DNA of 55,856 nt. It comes from Natrialbaceae archaeon (GTDB lineage: Archaea > Halobacteriota > Halobacteria > Halobacteriales > Natrialbaceae). The position numbers and the translations under genes are program-made. Location: contig JBKEGM010000001.1 of the NCBI GenBank assembly GCA_046710005.1, forward strand, positions 1 through 55,856, given 5' to 3'. Of the stretch, positions 1 to 9,604 are shown piece after piece (the first letter of the stretch is position 1; each line of letters begins with the position of its first letter). Under the pieces are notes generated by a model that was given only the letters and a program-made list of their open reading frames with translations, did no database searches and was not told the origin of the DNA.

Positions 1-196
1 TAAGAGGCCTTTCGAATGGCTACGGCGTTGGCTGTCCCAGAGCACAGTGGTCGTGGGGAATAATCACTCCGCTAGGGACTGCGTCGGTAACACTGCGAAA
101 AGGACCAACCCGTGTGAAGTACCCCCCGCACTGTGGCGCGGGGCTTCGCCGTTTGGGCTCTCCCCGGAACCGGGGAGCGTAACGGCGGCAGGCGAA

Positions 197-1024
197 TTAG
201 ATTTCGCTCTCGAAGTCCTCGAGGGCGTAGGCGGGTTCGGCGCCACGCCGGTCGAGCGTCTCGTTGGCCAGCAGCCAATAGACGACCGACAGCGCCTTGC
301 GACCCTTGTTGTTCGTGGGAACCACGAGGTCGACGTTGCTCGTCGAGTTGTTCGAGTCACACATCGCGATAACCGGGATACCGACCGTGATGGCCTCCTT
401 GACCGCCTGGGAGTCGCCAATCGGGTCGGTCACCACGACCACATCCGGCTCGATGTAGCCCTCGTACTTGGGGTTCGTGAGCGTGCCCGGAATGAACCGG
501 CCGGTCCGGGCTCTGGCCCCGACGGCCTCTGCGAACTTCTCGGCGGGGAACCGCCCATACTGGCGGCTCGAGGTTACGAGGATCTGCTCTGGGGAATAAT
601 TCGAGAGGAAGTCCGCCGCAGTCCGGATGCGCTGGTCCGTCCTGGAAACGTCCAGGACGTACAGACCGTCGGTCCGGACGCGGTGGATAAACCGGTCCAT
701 ATCCTTCGTTTTCTGCTGGGTCCCGATGTGGACCCCTGCGCCCAGGTAGTCCTCGACAGGGATGAGGAGGTCAGCCTCCTCCTCGGACATGACGTCCTCG
801 TCGAGATTGGGACCGGTTTCTTCGACGTCCTCCGGTTCCGTCTCTGTTGCCGTTTCCGCTTCGTCCTCGGCGGCCTCGGCGGCCGCTTCGGCGTCCGATT
901 CCGCCGCGGGCTCGTCGGCCTTTGGTTCCGACTCCGTGGCCGGTTCCGGCTCCTCGGCCGGTTCCGACTCGACGTCGGCCTCATCAGCGTCGAGCCCTTC
1001 TTGTTCGGCGTCGTTGTCTGTCAT
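197..1024 (-). CDS. rps2: 30S ribosomal protein S2 (uS2) with acidic N-terminal extension
   Basis: 275-aa ORF. The core '[13 protein letters not shown]...[11 protein letters not shown]...VVVVTDP...VIAMCDSN' is typical uS2. Its ATG overlaps the eno stop (ATGA at 1021-1024). Confidence 0.95.
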   Translation of the reverse strand: MTDNDAEQEGLDADEADVESEPAEEPEPATESEPKADEPAAESDAEAAAEAAEDEAETATETEPEDVEETGPNLDEDVMSEEEADLLIPVEDYLGAGVHIGTQQKTKDMDRFIHRVRTDGLYVLDVSRTDQRIRTAADFLSNYSPEQILVTSSRQYGRFPAEKFAEAVGARARTGRFIPGTLTNPKYEGYIEPDVVVVTDPIGDSQAVKEAITVGIPVIAMCDSNNSTSNVDLVVPTNNKGRKALSVVYWLLANETLDRRGAEPAYALEDFESEI

Positions 1025-2220
1025 AGTGCGTCGTCCGCGATTCGAATGAGTTCGTTCAGTTTGGCGGTTCGCTCGCCGCCGACGGCGCCCGTCTTGATGA
1101 ACGGAGCGTCCGCCGCCACTGCGAGGTGTGCAATCGTCGCGTCTTCGGTCTCGCCACTCCGATGGGAGACGACCGGCGTCATACCGTTTCCGGACGCCAG
1201 TTCGATGGCGTCGAACGCGTCCGAGAGCGTCCCGATCTGGTTGGGCTTGATCAGGACGCTGTTGGCCGCACGAGCCTCGATTCCGCGTTCGATCCGGTCG
1301 GTGTTAGTGACGAACAGGTCGTCGCCACAGACTATCGTTTCGTCGCCCACCCGGTCCGTCAAACGGGCGAAGGCGTCGAAGTCGTTCTCGTGGAGGGGAT
1401 CCTCGAGAAAGACCAGGTCGTACTCGTCGACCAGTTTGGTGAGGTAGTCGATCTGTTCGTCGGTGTCCCGCGTCCGATCTCCGTAGTGGTACTCGCCGGC
1501 TTCGTAAAGTTCGGAGGCGGCTACATCGAGGCCGAAACCGACCGCAAACCCGAACTCCGAGCCGACGGTGTCGACGGCCTCGGCCACCAGTTCGAAGGCC
1601 TCGGCGTCGTCGATCGACGGCGCCCAGGCACCTTCGTCGCCTTTCCCGGCCGGAATCTCTCTGTCGGCGAGTTCCTCGCCGATTCGACCCTGGACGGCTG
1701 CGTTCGCGAAAACCGCGTCGGTGACGTTCGGTGCACCGATTGGGGCGGCCAGGAACTCCTGAATATGGGTGGCGTCGCGGGCGTGTTCGCCGCCCCCGAT
1801 CACGTTGCCCAGTGGGACCGGGAAATTGTCGCCCCGGAAGGCCCCACCAAGGTGCTGGTACAGCGGGGCACCGAGCACATCGGCGCCAGCCTTTCCTGCC
1901 GCCATCGAGATGGCGACCGCGCTATTGGCACCGATTTCCGAGAAATCGTCCGTGCCATCGGCTGCATGCAACGCGGCGTCGACTTCCCGCTGATTACCGG
2001 CGTAGACCGTTCCTACCAAACGGGGCACGGCGAGTTCCCGAGCCTTCGCGATGGCCTCGTTTGGCGGCAGTTCGATGGCCTCGTGCTCGCCGGTGCTCGC
2101 CCCAGACGGGGCCGCTGCTCGCCCGAAGCCGCCGCTCTCGGTGAGTACGTCGGCTTCGACGGTTCGATTGCCCCGCGAGTCGAGCACACGACGGAGTCTA
2201 ACGTCTGCGATCAGCGTCAT
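1021..2220 (-). CDS. eno: enolase (phosphopyruvate hydratase)
   Basis: 399-aa ORF with enolase hallmarks '[10 protein letters not shown]', '[10 protein letters not shown]', '[13 protein letters not shown]'. It sits in the conserved archaeal rpoK-eno-rps2 order. Confidence 0.95.
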   Translation of the reverse strand: MTLIADVRLRRVLDSRGNRTVEADVLTESGGFGRAAAPSGASTGEHEAIELPPNEAIAKARELAVPRLVGTVYAGNQREVDAALHAADGTDDFSEIGANSAVAISMAAGKAGADVLGAPLYQHLGGAFRGDNFPVPLGNVIGGGEHARDATHIQEFLAAPIGAPNVTDAVFANAAVQGRIGEELADREIPAGKGDEGAWAPSIDDAEAFELVAEAVDTVGSEFGFAVGFGLDVAASELYEAGEYHYGDRTRDTDEQIDYLTKLVDEYDLVFLEDPLHENDFDAFARLTDRVGDETIVCGDDLFVTNTDRIERGIEARAANSVLIKPNQIGTLSDAFDAIELASGNGMTPVVSHRSGETEDATIAHLAVAADAPFIKTGAVGGERTAKLNELIRIADDAL

Positions 2221-2399
2221 TCTCCCTCCCGCCTCACCGTAAACGGCAACACGCCAGCATCGTATTCCTCGGCGGCGATCAGAATCGGCTCCACCTGATC
2301 AGTATCGACGAGCACGGGTGCCCCGTAGGACACTTGGAGCGCTCGCGCGCCAAGGATCCGGGCTTTCTCATACCGGTTGTATCGCTCTTTCCGTTCCAT
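2217..2399 (-). CDS. rpoK: DNA-directed RNA polymerase subunit K (Rpo6)
   Basis: 60-aa ORF '[22 protein letters not shown]' matches the Rpo6/omega-like family. Operon context. Confidence 0.9.
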   Translation of the reverse strand: MERKERYNRYEKARILGARALQVSYGAPVLVDTDQVEPILIAAEEYDAGVLPFTVRREGE

Positions 2400-2593
2400 T
2401 ACTGGTAGGGTGCGACGATATCAACGAGATCCTTGTGCGAGACGAGCATCCGCCGACAGCAATGTCGCTCGACTCCCAACTCGTCCAACACCTCGGCTGG
2501 GTCCTCGTCGCCCTCGACGCTGCGGGCCTTGAATTCTTCCCAGTGTTCACCCACGACGTTGCCGCACGTGAAGCACCGGACTGGTACCATCAT
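2399..2593 (-). CDS. rpoN: DNA-directed RNA polymerase subunit N (Rpo10)
   Basis: 64-aa ORF '[15 protein letters not shown]...[11 protein letters not shown]', the zinc-binding Rpo10 signature. Confidence 0.93.
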   Translation of the reverse strand: MMVPVRCFTCGNVVGEHWEEFKARSVEGDEDPAEVLDELGVERHCCRRMLVSHKDLVDIVAPYQ

Positions 2594-2602
2594 GGTTGGA
2601 TC

Positions 2603-2998
2603 TTAACGGTAGGATTTTTGGTAACGGGCCCGAGCGCCGGGGCCGCCCCACTTCTTTGGTTCGGATTGGCGAACGTCGTTCACGAGGAGCGACCGGTCGA
2701 ACTCCATGTAGGCGTCGCGCAACTGTGCATCGCCCGTGAACTCCACGAGACCGCGTGCGATGGCAGTCCGGACTGCGTCGGCCTGACCCATTACGCCGCC
2801 GCCTTCGACGTCCACATGAACGTCGATGTCGTCACGCTGCTCGCCTGCGATGCGGAACGGTTCCAGCATCTTCAGGCGGGCGGTGTCCGGTTCGACCAGC
2901 TCGACCGGCCGGGAGTTGATACGTACCCGACCTTCGCCCTCACGCACGGTGGCGCGGGCAACGGCCGTCTTTTTCTTGCCTGAGGTATTGGTTACCAT
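2603..2998 (-). CDS. rps9: 30S ribosomal protein S9 (uS9)
   Basis: 131-aa ORF ending '...[14 protein letters not shown]', the characteristic uS9 C-terminus. Confidence 0.93.
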   Translation of the reverse strand: MVTNTSGKKKTAVARATVREGEGRVRINSRPVELVEPDTARLKMLEPFRIAGEQRDDIDVHVDVEGGGVMGQADAVRTAIARGLVEFTGDAQLRDAYMEFDRSLLVNDVRQSEPKKWGGPGARARYQKSYR

Positions 2999-3429
2999 GT
3001 GACGTTAGCACCTAGTTTCTTGGAAACGTCGCCCAGTTGGACGAAACGGATGGTCGAGAGTCGATCCAGGGATGTTTCCTCAAGAATTTCGCCGTCCTCG
3101 TCGTACGGATTGCCGACGTAGACGCGGACGTTCTCGAACGCCTCCCTTCCCTGCGATTTCTTGTGCGGAAGCATCCCCCTGATCGACCGTCGCATGATCG
3201 TGTCAGGCCGTTTGACTGAAGCCGGACCCCGGTCGGAGCCGACTGTCAGACGCTTCCTGTACGTCTCGAGCACATCCTCCTCGCTGCCAGTGATGACCGC
3301 GTCCTCGGCATTGACGACGGCGATCCGCTCGCCATCGAGTGCACGTTCGGCCACGGTGCTCGCGACGCGACCCAGAATGCAATCCCGGGCATCAACGATC
3401 GTATCGGCGTCGAATTCAGCGAAACTCAT
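2992..3429 (-). CDS. rpl13: 50S ribosomal protein L13 (uL13)
   Basis: 145-aa ORF '[12 protein letters not shown]...[12 protein letters not shown]' is uL13-like. Operon position between L18e and S9. Confidence 0.92.
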   Translation of the reverse strand: MSFAEFDADTIVDARDCILGRVASTVAERALDGERIAVVNAEDAVITGSEEDVLETYRKRLTVGSDRGPASVKRPDTIMRRSIRGMLPHKKSQGREAFENVRVYVGNPYDEDGEILEETSLDRLSTIRFVQLGDVSKKLGANVTW

Positions 3430-3785
3430 CGAATCACCCGCACGTTCGAGCCGCTCGGATTGTCGTCCAGTGCCTGTTCCAGTCGGATCGCTTCGCCGGC
3501 CTGCTCGATCTTGGTCTCGGCGGTCGACGAGAAGTCGACCGCTGCAACCGTGACGTTCTTCCGGAGGACGCCGCTGCCCAGTACTTTCCCGGGCACGACG
3601 ACCGTCTCGTCCTCCTTAGCATACCGCTCGATCCGCCCCAGGTTGACCTCCGCGTGCGTGCTGCGAGGCTTTTCGAGGCGAGCCGCGACGTCCTTCCAGA
3701 CGTCGCCGCCGCCGTCCCTGGCAACGGACTTCAACTCGGCGATGAGATCCGTAAGTCTCGGGTTCGTCTTGCTGCTCATATCCAC
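3426..3785 (-). CDS. rpl18e: 50S ribosomal protein L18e
   Basis: 119-aa ORF '[14 protein letters not shown]...[11 protein letters not shown]' is the eL18 (L18e) family. It directly follows tRNA-Leu, as in other haloarchaea. Confidence 0.9.
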   Translation of the reverse strand: MDMSSKTNPRLTDLIAELKSVARDGGGDVWKDVAARLEKPRSTHAEVNLGRIERYAKEDETVVVPGKVLGSGVLRKNVTVAAVDFSSTAETKIEQAGEAIRLEQALDDNPSGSNVRVIR

Positions 3786-3803
3786 GAATTCGGGGAAAAG
3801 TCA

Positions 3804-3888
3804 TGCAGGGAGCAGGATTTGAACCTGCGGACCCCTACGGGACAGCGCCCTGAACGCTGCGCCGTTGGCCTAACTTGGCTATCCCTGC
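3804..3888 (-). tRNA. tRNA-Leu (anticodon CAG), class II with long variable arm
   Basis: The reverse complement reads GCAGGGATAGCCAAGTTAGGCCAACGGCGCAGCGTTCAGGGCGCTGTCCCGTAGGGGTCCGCAGGTTCAAATCCTGCTCCCTGCA. It has a 7-bp acceptor stem, anticodon loop TTCAGGG, a long variable arm and T-loop GTTCAAATC. Confidence 0.88.
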
Positions 3889-4043
3889 ACGCCGATGCGC
3901 TCTCGGCATCGGAAGTTGCACTTCGACCCTTCAAACCATTTTCGGTTGTCGGTTGCCCGTGGACGGGGAGTGTCGCGTCGCTCCCGGCCTGGCGATCGTC
4001 CGTCAGGGGGTGGTTCGGTGGGTGCATCTGTACTGGTGAGTTC

Positions 4044-4787
4044 CTATAGCTTGACGGCTTCTTCGAGTTCCTCCGCGCGTTTGGCAAGCGTCTCCGCAGC
4101 CCGCGTGACGAGTTCCTCGACGGAGAGCGATCCATCGGTCTCGACGTCGAACACGAAGGCGTTCTCGACATCGTGAACCTCGACCTCCTTGGCGTCATAG
4201 CGGTTCGTGAGATCGTGGTCGAACTCGTCGGTCGGAATCAACTCGCCATCCTCCTCGATGACTCCCCGGAGGATCTGTGGGTCTTCGTCGGCGAACTCGT
4301 CGAGGTCGTCGACGACCTCCACGCGCTGGAGGTGTCGGTACCCAACTGCAACGCCGCCCTGGTGCTTGGCGTGTTCGCGTCCCACGTCAAGCACGGCATC
4401 GGCTTCGACTTCCAGTCGCTGATCTTCCTTGAGGTCGATGATCGGGATGTTCTCGTCCGCCGGCTGCACGAGGTCGTCATTAGAGACGAGGTCTCCGGAA
4501 TACGCGGACCTCGGTCCGGAGACGTCGAGGCTCAGCGTCACTTCGTCGCCGATCTCGAAGTCGTCGAGCGGCGTCGTCAACGGAACGAGTCCCAGACGGA
4601 GACCGATCTGCTCGTCGAACATCACCGAGGAGTTCTCGACCACCCGAACGGTGTCGATCGAGAACGTCGGTACGTCGGCCAGGATCGCCCGGCGAACGCC
4701 GTTCGCGAACGCCGGCGTGACTCCTCTGACGAGGAACCGGGCGCTTCGGTCGTCGCGATCGATGAACTGGACCTCGTACTCGGTCAT
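4044..4787 (-). CDS. rpoD: DNA-directed RNA polymerase subunit D (Rpo3)
   Basis: The internal Met '[36 protein letters not shown]' lies right after the rps11 stop (4789). The Arg-rich upstream part of the 326-aa ORF overlaps rps11 and is not credible coding. Confidence 0.9.
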   Translation of the reverse strand: MTEYEVQFIDRDDRSARFLVRGVTPAFANGVRRAILADVPTFSIDTVRVVENSSVMFDEQIGLRLGLVPLTTPLDDFEIGDEVTLSLDVSGPRSAYSGDLVSNDDLVQPADENIPIIDLKEDQRLEVEADAVLDVGREHAKHQGGVAVGYRHLQRVEVVDDLDEFADEDPQILRGVIEEDGELIPTDEFDHDLTNRYDAKEVEVHDVENAFVFDVETDGSLSVEELVTRAAETLAKRAEELEEAVKL

Positions 4788-4788
4788 T

Positions 4789-5181
4789 TCAGTAGCCGCC
4801 TTTGCCCTTTGGTGCTCGCGATCCGTCGTGTGGGATCGGGGTGACGTCCTCGATACGACCGATATCGAAGCCAGCGCGGGCGAGCGCTCGGATGGTCGCC
4901 TGTGCGCCCGGGCCCGGGTTCTTTTGCAAGTTGCCCCCGGGGCCACGAACGCGGACGTGGAGGCCTTCGATGCCAGCAGCTCTGATCTCGTCGGCGATCG
5001 ACTCGGCCATCTGCATTGCGGCATACGGCGAGGCCTCGTCGCGGTTCTGTTTGACTGCAGTCCCGCCGGACGACTTGGCGATCGTCTCCGCCCCCGTCAG
5101 GTCCGTCACGGTAATGATGGTATTGTTAAACGATGCGTGCACGTGGGCGATGCCCCACTTGTCTTCAGTATCCTCGGCCAT
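4789..5181 (-). CDS. rps11: 30S ribosomal protein S11 (uS11)
   Basis: 130-aa ORF '[18 protein letters not shown]...[15 protein letters not shown]' is typical uS11. Confidence 0.95.
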   Translation of the reverse strand: MAEDTEDKWGIAHVHASFNNTIITVTDLTGAETIAKSSGGTAVKQNRDEASPYAAMQMAESIADEIRAAGIEGLHVRVRGPGGNLQKNPGPGAQATIRALARAGFDIGRIEDVTPIPHDGSRAPKGKGGY

Positions 5182-5184
5182 GGT

Positions 5185-5712
5185 TTACTGTCCCTCCGCT
5201 CGTTCTGGGTGGAGTTCGTCGGCCAGCGGGCTTGCGTCGTCGAACTCGATGAGGGGCTCCTCGTCGACGTCGACTTTGTAAGAGGGGACGCGGACTCGTG
5301 CGCCATCGACGGTCACGTGGCCATGGGTGATGAACTGGCGGGCCTGCTTGGGCGTGTTCGCCAGACCTTTTCGATAGGCCACGGTCTGGAGTCGACGCTC
5401 GAGTACGTCCTCGACCTCGAGCGACAGGACGTCGTCGAGGCCCTCCTCTTCGTCGAGAATGCCAAGGCGGCGCAGGCGGGAGAGGAACGCTGCGCCCTCC
5501 TCTTCGGCAGCCGTCACGTCGCCCTGGGCTTCGAGGCCCAACAGGTCTCGGGCCTCTCGCCGGAACGATCGGAGTTCCGACTGGGCGCGCCAGAGTTCTT
5601 CCTTGTTCTTGAGGCCGAACCGCCCGATAAGATCGTGTTCGGAAGCGATCCGCTCCCCCTGGAACGGGTGGTTTGGCGTCTCGTAGGCTTTGGTGTTGCG
5701 TCCGAGCGCCAT
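5185..5712 (-). CDS. rps4: 30S ribosomal protein S4 (uS4)
   Basis: 175-aa ORF '[31 protein letters not shown]' contains the S4 RNA-binding domain. Confidence 0.95.
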   Translation of the reverse strand: MALGRNTKAYETPNHPFQGERIASEHDLIGRFGLKNKEELWRAQSELRSFRREARDLLGLEAQGDVTAAEEEGAAFLSRLRRLGILDEEEGLDDVLSLEVEDVLERRLQTVAYRKGLANTPKQARQFITHGHVTVDGARVRVPSYKVDVDEEPLIEFDDASPLADELHPERAEGQ

Positions 5713-6239
5713 TATAGCTCACCACCTTCATCAGCTTCTTCATCTTCTTCCATTTCGGCCTGAATCTGCTCGACGTTGACGCCGATCGTCCCTTCGGTGC
5801 GGCCGGTCGACTTGGTCCGCTGCCCGCGGACCTTCTGTCCGCGGTTGTGGCGGATCCCTTTGTAGGAGTCGATCATCCGCATCCGGTTGACGTCCTGCTG
5901 GCGCGTCATCTCGAGATCGTTCCCGACCTCGTGCGTCGTCTCGCCGGTGAAGAAGTCGTTCTGCCGGTTCGTCATCCAGTCGGGAACCTCCTCGCCGTAC
6001 TCCTGGACGAGATCTACGATATCGTCGATCGTGTCGTCCTCGAGTCGGCCAAGCGTGTCCCGACGGTCGACGTCCGCCTTCTGGGCGATAACCCGGGCGG
6101 TCCGGCGACCTATGCCGTTCATCTCGGTGAGTGACCGTTCGACCGACTTCGTCCCATCGAGGTCCGTCTGCCCGATGCGGACGAAGTAGCGAAGGTCCTC
6201 GTCATCTTCGGGTTCGTCCTGTGGTTCTTCTGCACTCAT
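5712..6239 (-). CDS. rps13: 30S ribosomal protein S13 (uS13) with acidic tail
   Basis: The start was taken at 'MSAEEPQDE...'. '[15 protein letters not shown]...[22 protein letters not shown]' is uS13. The upstream part of the 220-aa ORF runs into tRNA-Ser. Confidence 0.92.
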   Translation of the reverse strand: MSAEEPQDEPEDDEDLRYFVRIGQTDLDGTKSVERSLTEMNGIGRRTARVIAQKADVDRRDTLGRLEDDTIDDIVDLVQEYGEEVPDWMTNRQNDFFTGETTHEVGNDLEMTRQQDVNRMRMIDSYKGIRHNRGQKVRGQRTKSTGRTEGTIGVNVEQIQAEMEEDEEADEGGEL

Positions 6240-6324
6240 GTATGGATTCGATCTGGTGGGAATCGTGAATTCCCGCGTCCGAACTGGAACGATTCCAGTA
6301 GTTGGTGCGAACCTCGCGGTTCGA

Positions 6325-6408
6325 CGTCGTGGCGGGGATTCGAACCCCGGAGGCTTGCGCCACTGAGTTAGCAACCCAGCGCCTTGGGCCAGGCTAGGCT
6401 ACCACGAC
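6325..6408 (-). tRNA. tRNA-Ser (anticodon GCU), class II
   Basis: The reverse complement reads GTCGTGGTAGCCTAGCCTGGCCCAAGGCGCTGGGTTGCTAACTCAGTGGCGCAAGCCTCCGGGGTTCGAATCCCCGCCACGACG. It has acceptor pairing GTCGTGG/CCACGAC, anticodon loop TTGCTAA, a long variable arm and T-loop GTTCGAATC. Confidence 0.88.
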
Positions 6409-6528
6409 GCGCGGACACACTTTCGCCCTCTCGGACTCGGGGGCATTCCCCCTACAGTGGTATTGCAACTGAACGTATCCGGGTCTTGTACTTAAGGGCA
6501 ACGAATCCCAGGGAGGGGTTCTGAATCC

Positions 6529-7005
6529 TTACTGGGCCACGTCGGGCGGTTCATCCGAGTCGGGCGATTGACGCTCATCGCGCAAGGAACTGAACGCCTC
6601 CCGGGCGTTCTCGACGGCTGCTGGGTGCGTCGCTGGATATGCTTCGACTTTGCCTCTGAGCGTAATGCCGGTTCCCAGTTCGACATCCTCCATGTATGCA
6701 GCCTGTTTATCGAGGCGGAGAAACAACGAGGTTTTGTCATCGATTCGTTCCTCGAGTTCGTCGATCACCCGATCGATCTTTCCAAGTTCGGTCAGGCGAC
6801 CGAGTGCATATCGGACGTCGTCAGCGTTCTCGACCCTGGCCGAGAGGACGACGATCCGGTCGCCATGGTGCCCTTCATTTTCGGCGCGGTCGATCGAATA
6901 GTCCTCCGGTAGAAACGTCCGGAGCGCTTTCTCGACTCGCTTTTCATCCTCCGTCGCATAGCAGAACGTCCGCAGGTCGACGTAGTGAAACGGGACGTTC
7001 GCCAT
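6529..7005 (-). CDS. conserved archaeal protein, probably the COG1931-type RNA-binding protein
   Basis: 158-aa acidic ORF with good coding appearance. The N-terminus 'VPFHYVDLRTFCYATEDEEK-like' resembles the small RNA-binding proteins found beside archaeal ribosomal operons. The function call is tentative. Confidence 0.6.
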   Translation of the reverse strand: MANVPFHYVDLRTFCYATEDEKRVEKALRTFLPEDYSIDRAENEGHHGDRIVVLSARVENADDVRYALGRLTELGKIDRVIDELEERIDDKTSLFLRLDKQAAYMEDVELGTGITLRGKVEAYPATHPAAVENAREAFSSLRDERQSPDSDEPPDVAQ

Positions 7006-7014
7006 TGCTCTGGA

Positions 7015-7242
7015 TTATTCCTCGTCCGCTTCGTCGTCCGATTCTTCCTCGCCAATCTCGTCTTCCGGGACGGCTTCGAGTTGGTCCTCAGGGACACCGG
7101 TTTCCTGGCCCTCCTCGAAGCTAATGGTATATGTCTCGTCGCCGAACATGGTCTCCATAACCTGCGTGATCGTCCCTTCCTCGCCCTCGTACTCGCTATG
7201 TTCGTCGTGCAGGATAACGTGATCGTCCTCTTCGAAGCTCAT
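7015..7242 (-). CDS. small very acidic hypothetical protein
   Basis: A 75-aa product from the internal Met 'MSFEEDDHVILHDEHSEYEGEEGTITQV...', with haloarchaeal acidic composition. The upstream portion of the ORF looks non-coding. Confidence 0.5.
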   Translation of the reverse strand: MSFEEDDHVILHDEHSEYEGEEGTITQVMETMFGDETYTISFEEGQETGVPEDQLEAVPEDEIGEEESDDEADEE

Positions 7243-7382
7243 GTCCCGCGATATCCGGGGACCAAATAAAAAGGGACTGATTCCGGTTTGACGCGTCCCC
7301 GAATCCTCGAAATATTGGCTGTAACTTTGCCTGGGAACGGTTTGACCGACAAGTACAGACAAAGTGCGCGAGGGTGCAGGGC

Positions 7383-7643
7383 TCAGCGTGAATGTTCGCT
7401 ATCGAGACCCTCTGGGGCGTCAGTGACCCACCAGATCGTCTCCCAGCCCGGGACCCGTTCACGATCCAAGATCCCTTTACCCGTCAATTCCAGCAGCTTC
7501 GTGTAGACCGTGTCCCGATCGAACTGAAGGGCACTGACGACCTCACCTGTGGACAGGCCCCGTTTCGAGTGGCCTTCGAACACTTCGACGATCCTCCCGG
7601 CGTGAGGTTCGGGGCCAGTTTGCGGGGCGGCATTGGCGCTCAT
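7383..7643 (-). CDS. small winged-helix DNA-binding protein
   Basis: An 86-aa product from Met at 7643. 'LSTGEVVSALQFDRDTVYTKLLELTGKGILDRERVPG...WW' has an HTH-plus-wing pattern. It begins 10 nt after the stop of the upstream amphi-Trp gene. Confidence 0.65.
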   Translation of the reverse strand: MSANAAPQTGPEPHAGRIVEVFEGHSKRGLSTGEVVSALQFDRDTVYTKLLELTGKGILDRERVPGWETIWWVTDAPEGLDSEHSR

Positions 7644-7653
7644 GGTGGCCACC

Positions 7654-7968
7654 TTACTCGACATCAGGCCCGGATTCGTCCGGTGCGCCGTGCAGTTCGA
7701 CCTCAATTTCGAGTTCGGACTCTTCCTCGCCTTCGAATTCGACTTCCAGTTCCACCTCGTCGCTGGCCTCGAACGGGAGTTCCCAGTCTTCACCCGTAAT
7801 CGTTACCGCCGAATCATCGCGGAGTTGCTCGCCGAGTTTGACCAGGAACTCGCCGGCGGTCTCGGCGTCGACGTAGAAGCCTTCCTCGAAGTAGCCGTCG
7901 GTGATCGTTCGTCGGTCCAGTTCATCGGTTTCCGTCTCGGGTGCGTCGACCATCATTCGTTCCTCCAT
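7654..7968 (-). CDS. amphi-Trp domain-like acidic protein
   Basis: A 104-aa product from 'MEERMMVDAPE...'. 'TITGEDWELPFEASDEVELEVEFEGEEESELEIEVELHG' resembles the amphi-Trp domain, a central Trp flanked by alternating acidic beta-strand repeats. Confidence 0.6.
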   Translation of the reverse strand: MEERMMVDAPETETDELDRRTITDGYFEEGFYVDAETAGEFLVKLGEQLRDDSAVTITGEDWELPFEASDEVELEVEFEGEEESELEIEVELHGAPDESGPDVE

Positions 7969-8023
7969 TTGACGATATCGGGGGTGAGAAAGATAAAAGT
8001 TTGTTGGAATCTTATACTCGGAT

Positions 8024-8296
8024 ATGCCCGCGATCGATCTCATCGCCTCGAAGGCCCGAATCCAAATCCTTCGGGAACTCTCTCGGCAGGACCGGTACGT
8101 CCGGGAACTTATGGACCTCGTCGGGATGGACGGGACAACCGCAAAGCACCACCTCGACACCCTGGAATCAGCCGAGGTGATATCCGCGTACGAGGATGGG
8201 CGGCGTCGGTATTTCACGCTCGAGAAGGAGATCGTCTTCCAGGTAACTCCGCCGCCGAACCGACGGTTCGTGTTACAGGTCAGAGATCCCTCGTGA
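8024..8296 (+). CDS. ArsR-family winged-helix transcription regulator
   Basis: 90-aa ORF 'SKARIQILRELSRQDRYVRELMDLVGMDGTTAKHHLDTLESAEVI' is a classic ArsR/SmtB HTH. It is divergent from the amphi-Trp gene across a 55-bp AT-rich spacer. Confidence 0.8.
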   Translation: MPAIDLIASKARIQILRELSRQDRYVRELMDLVGMDGTTAKHHLDTLESAEVISAYEDGRRRYFTLEKEIVFQVTPPPNRRFVLQVRDPS

Positions 8297-8464
8297 CTGG
8301 AAATTCCCCAGGGTGGATCGTAGTAAGGTGACGGGTGTACTCAGTTATTCATTCTCGGGATTCCAGCTTTGATGTACTGGTATTTGCTACCGCCAGGAGT
8401 TGGGCTCCGGACCCCGAACGTATTCGGCAACAAGGTTCTGCACGCTGGTCGCGTTCAACCGTGT

Positions 8465-8860
8465 ATGACCAATGTCCAGGGGACTTCGGAAAATCGTCCC
8501 GCCACGACCGTCACTGTGCGCGCCACAGGGAACGTTCGAGAGCGGTTAGGGAATCACCAGCTCGAATTCACCTTCGAGGGGCGGACGTTGGGGGCCTTTC
8601 TCAACGCATTTTTCAATCAATACGACGTCAGTGACCTCCTGATTGCCGAATCCGAAACGGAGGCGGTAGCGCCTGGATGGGCCCCGACCCCCGACCGTTT
8701 GGATGACGCTTGGTACAAGAACGACGAGGGGGAGCAAACTAAAACGTATGCTCGCGTGTGCGTAAACGGTCGATTTAATGAAATTCTCGACGGGTTCGAA
8801 ACGGTCATTCAGGAGGGCGACCGGATCACATTGGCTCATCCGTTCATATTTTGCTGTTGA
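8465..8860 (+). CDS. MoaD/ThiS-like beta-grasp protein lacking the C-terminal Gly-Gly (ends ...HPFIFCC)
   Basis: The start was taken at 'MTNVQGTS'. The layout 'VTVRATGNVRERLG...VCVNGRF...IQEGDRITLAHPFIFCC' follows the MoaD/ThiS/SAMP pattern, but the usual PPxSGG end is replaced by Cys-Cys. Confidence 0.55.
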   Translation: MTNVQGTSENRPATTVTVRATGNVRERLGNHQLEFTFEGRTLGAFLNAFFNQYDVSDLLIAESETEAVAPGWAPTPDRLDDAWYKNDEGEQTKTYARVCVNGRFNEILDGFETVIQEGDRITLAHPFIFCC

Positions 8861-9305
8861 TCCAACCTTCGAGCGAATGAATTCCGGGAACCCTACCGCT
8901 TTCCTTGGTAGTATATTTTTATTTGATATAACCTCCGAGCACCCATTGTCCCTCGCGTGGAGACAAAACGGTCAATTAATGCTATTGAGTTGAGTGGTGG
9001 GGGCCGGTCAGGAGCGGATTAATCGGTCGTAGATACTGAAACTTCCATCCCTGACCCCGATTTGGAGAGTATGTAAAACAATTCTTTGTGTTATCCGGGA
9101 CTTCTTGTTTCTCGGTATGGTATTCAGACACGTCGGCAGTCCGAACGCACCACAGACCCCCCACAGGGTGCCTCCACTAATCGCTGCCGACACGACGGCG
9201 GATGAGAAATCGTTCCACGGTTCCCGGATCCAACACGACGGCGCTCCCGGACCTGTTCTCGGTCCTTTTCAAAACGTTATAAGACTGGGAGTCAATACGT
9301 TTGGT

Positions 9306-9602
9306 ATGGCCCCAACGGCGTTCGTTTCCCGCTTTCGTCTTCTCCATCTGTTCAACGGATGGGCACTCTCGATCGTCGGGGGGTTCCTTACCTGTCTCCT
9401 GTACGCTGTCTGGGACGGTTCGATCGCAGCCATTCCGATCTGGGCCTGGATCGTTGTCATTGGGAACGGCGCGGCGTTCGCCCTCTATTTTCTCCTATCC
9501 GGCCCAGTCGCTGAATGGCTGGACCGAACGGGTCGAATGCCCTCAGTGTTGGAACGAGTCGGCGAACAGTTGGCGGCCTGGGATGAGACCGGTCGGGAGT
9601 AG
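9306..9602 (+). CDS. small integral membrane protein
   Basis: A 98-aa product from the internal Met, with two or three hydrophobic helices ('WALSIVGGFLTCLLYAV', 'IWAWIVVIGNGAAFALYFLL'). The upstream part of the ORF lies in low-GC non-coding DNA. Confidence 0.5.
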   Translation: MAPTAFVSRFRLLHLFNGWALSIVGGFLTCLLYAVWDGSIAAIPIWAWIVVIGNGAAFALYFLLSGPVAEWLDRTGRMPSVLERVGEQLAAWDETGRE

Positions 9603-9604
9603 GC

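Noticed and set aside
160-177. The perfect palindrome CTCCCCGG-AA-CCGGGGAG, 20 nt downstream of the rps2 stop, considered as a terminator feature.
   Set aside because: The hairpin is real in the sequence, but no oligo-T tract (the usual archaeal terminator signal) follows on the transcribed strand. The functional call is too weak to list as a feature.
47-2298. Very long ORFs antisense to rps2 and eno (47..1447, 466 aa; 1126..2298, 390 aa). Similar cases occur elsewhere: 4429..5763, 16601..17494, 16681..17505, 17498..18166, 19294..20160, 39002..39724 and 49230..50114.
   Set aside because: Their translations are Arg/Gly/Pro/Val-rich and not acidic, and they lie opposite or out of frame to genes with unambiguous family motifs. 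This is the usual stop-codon-poor shadow-ORF artefact of GC-rich DNA.
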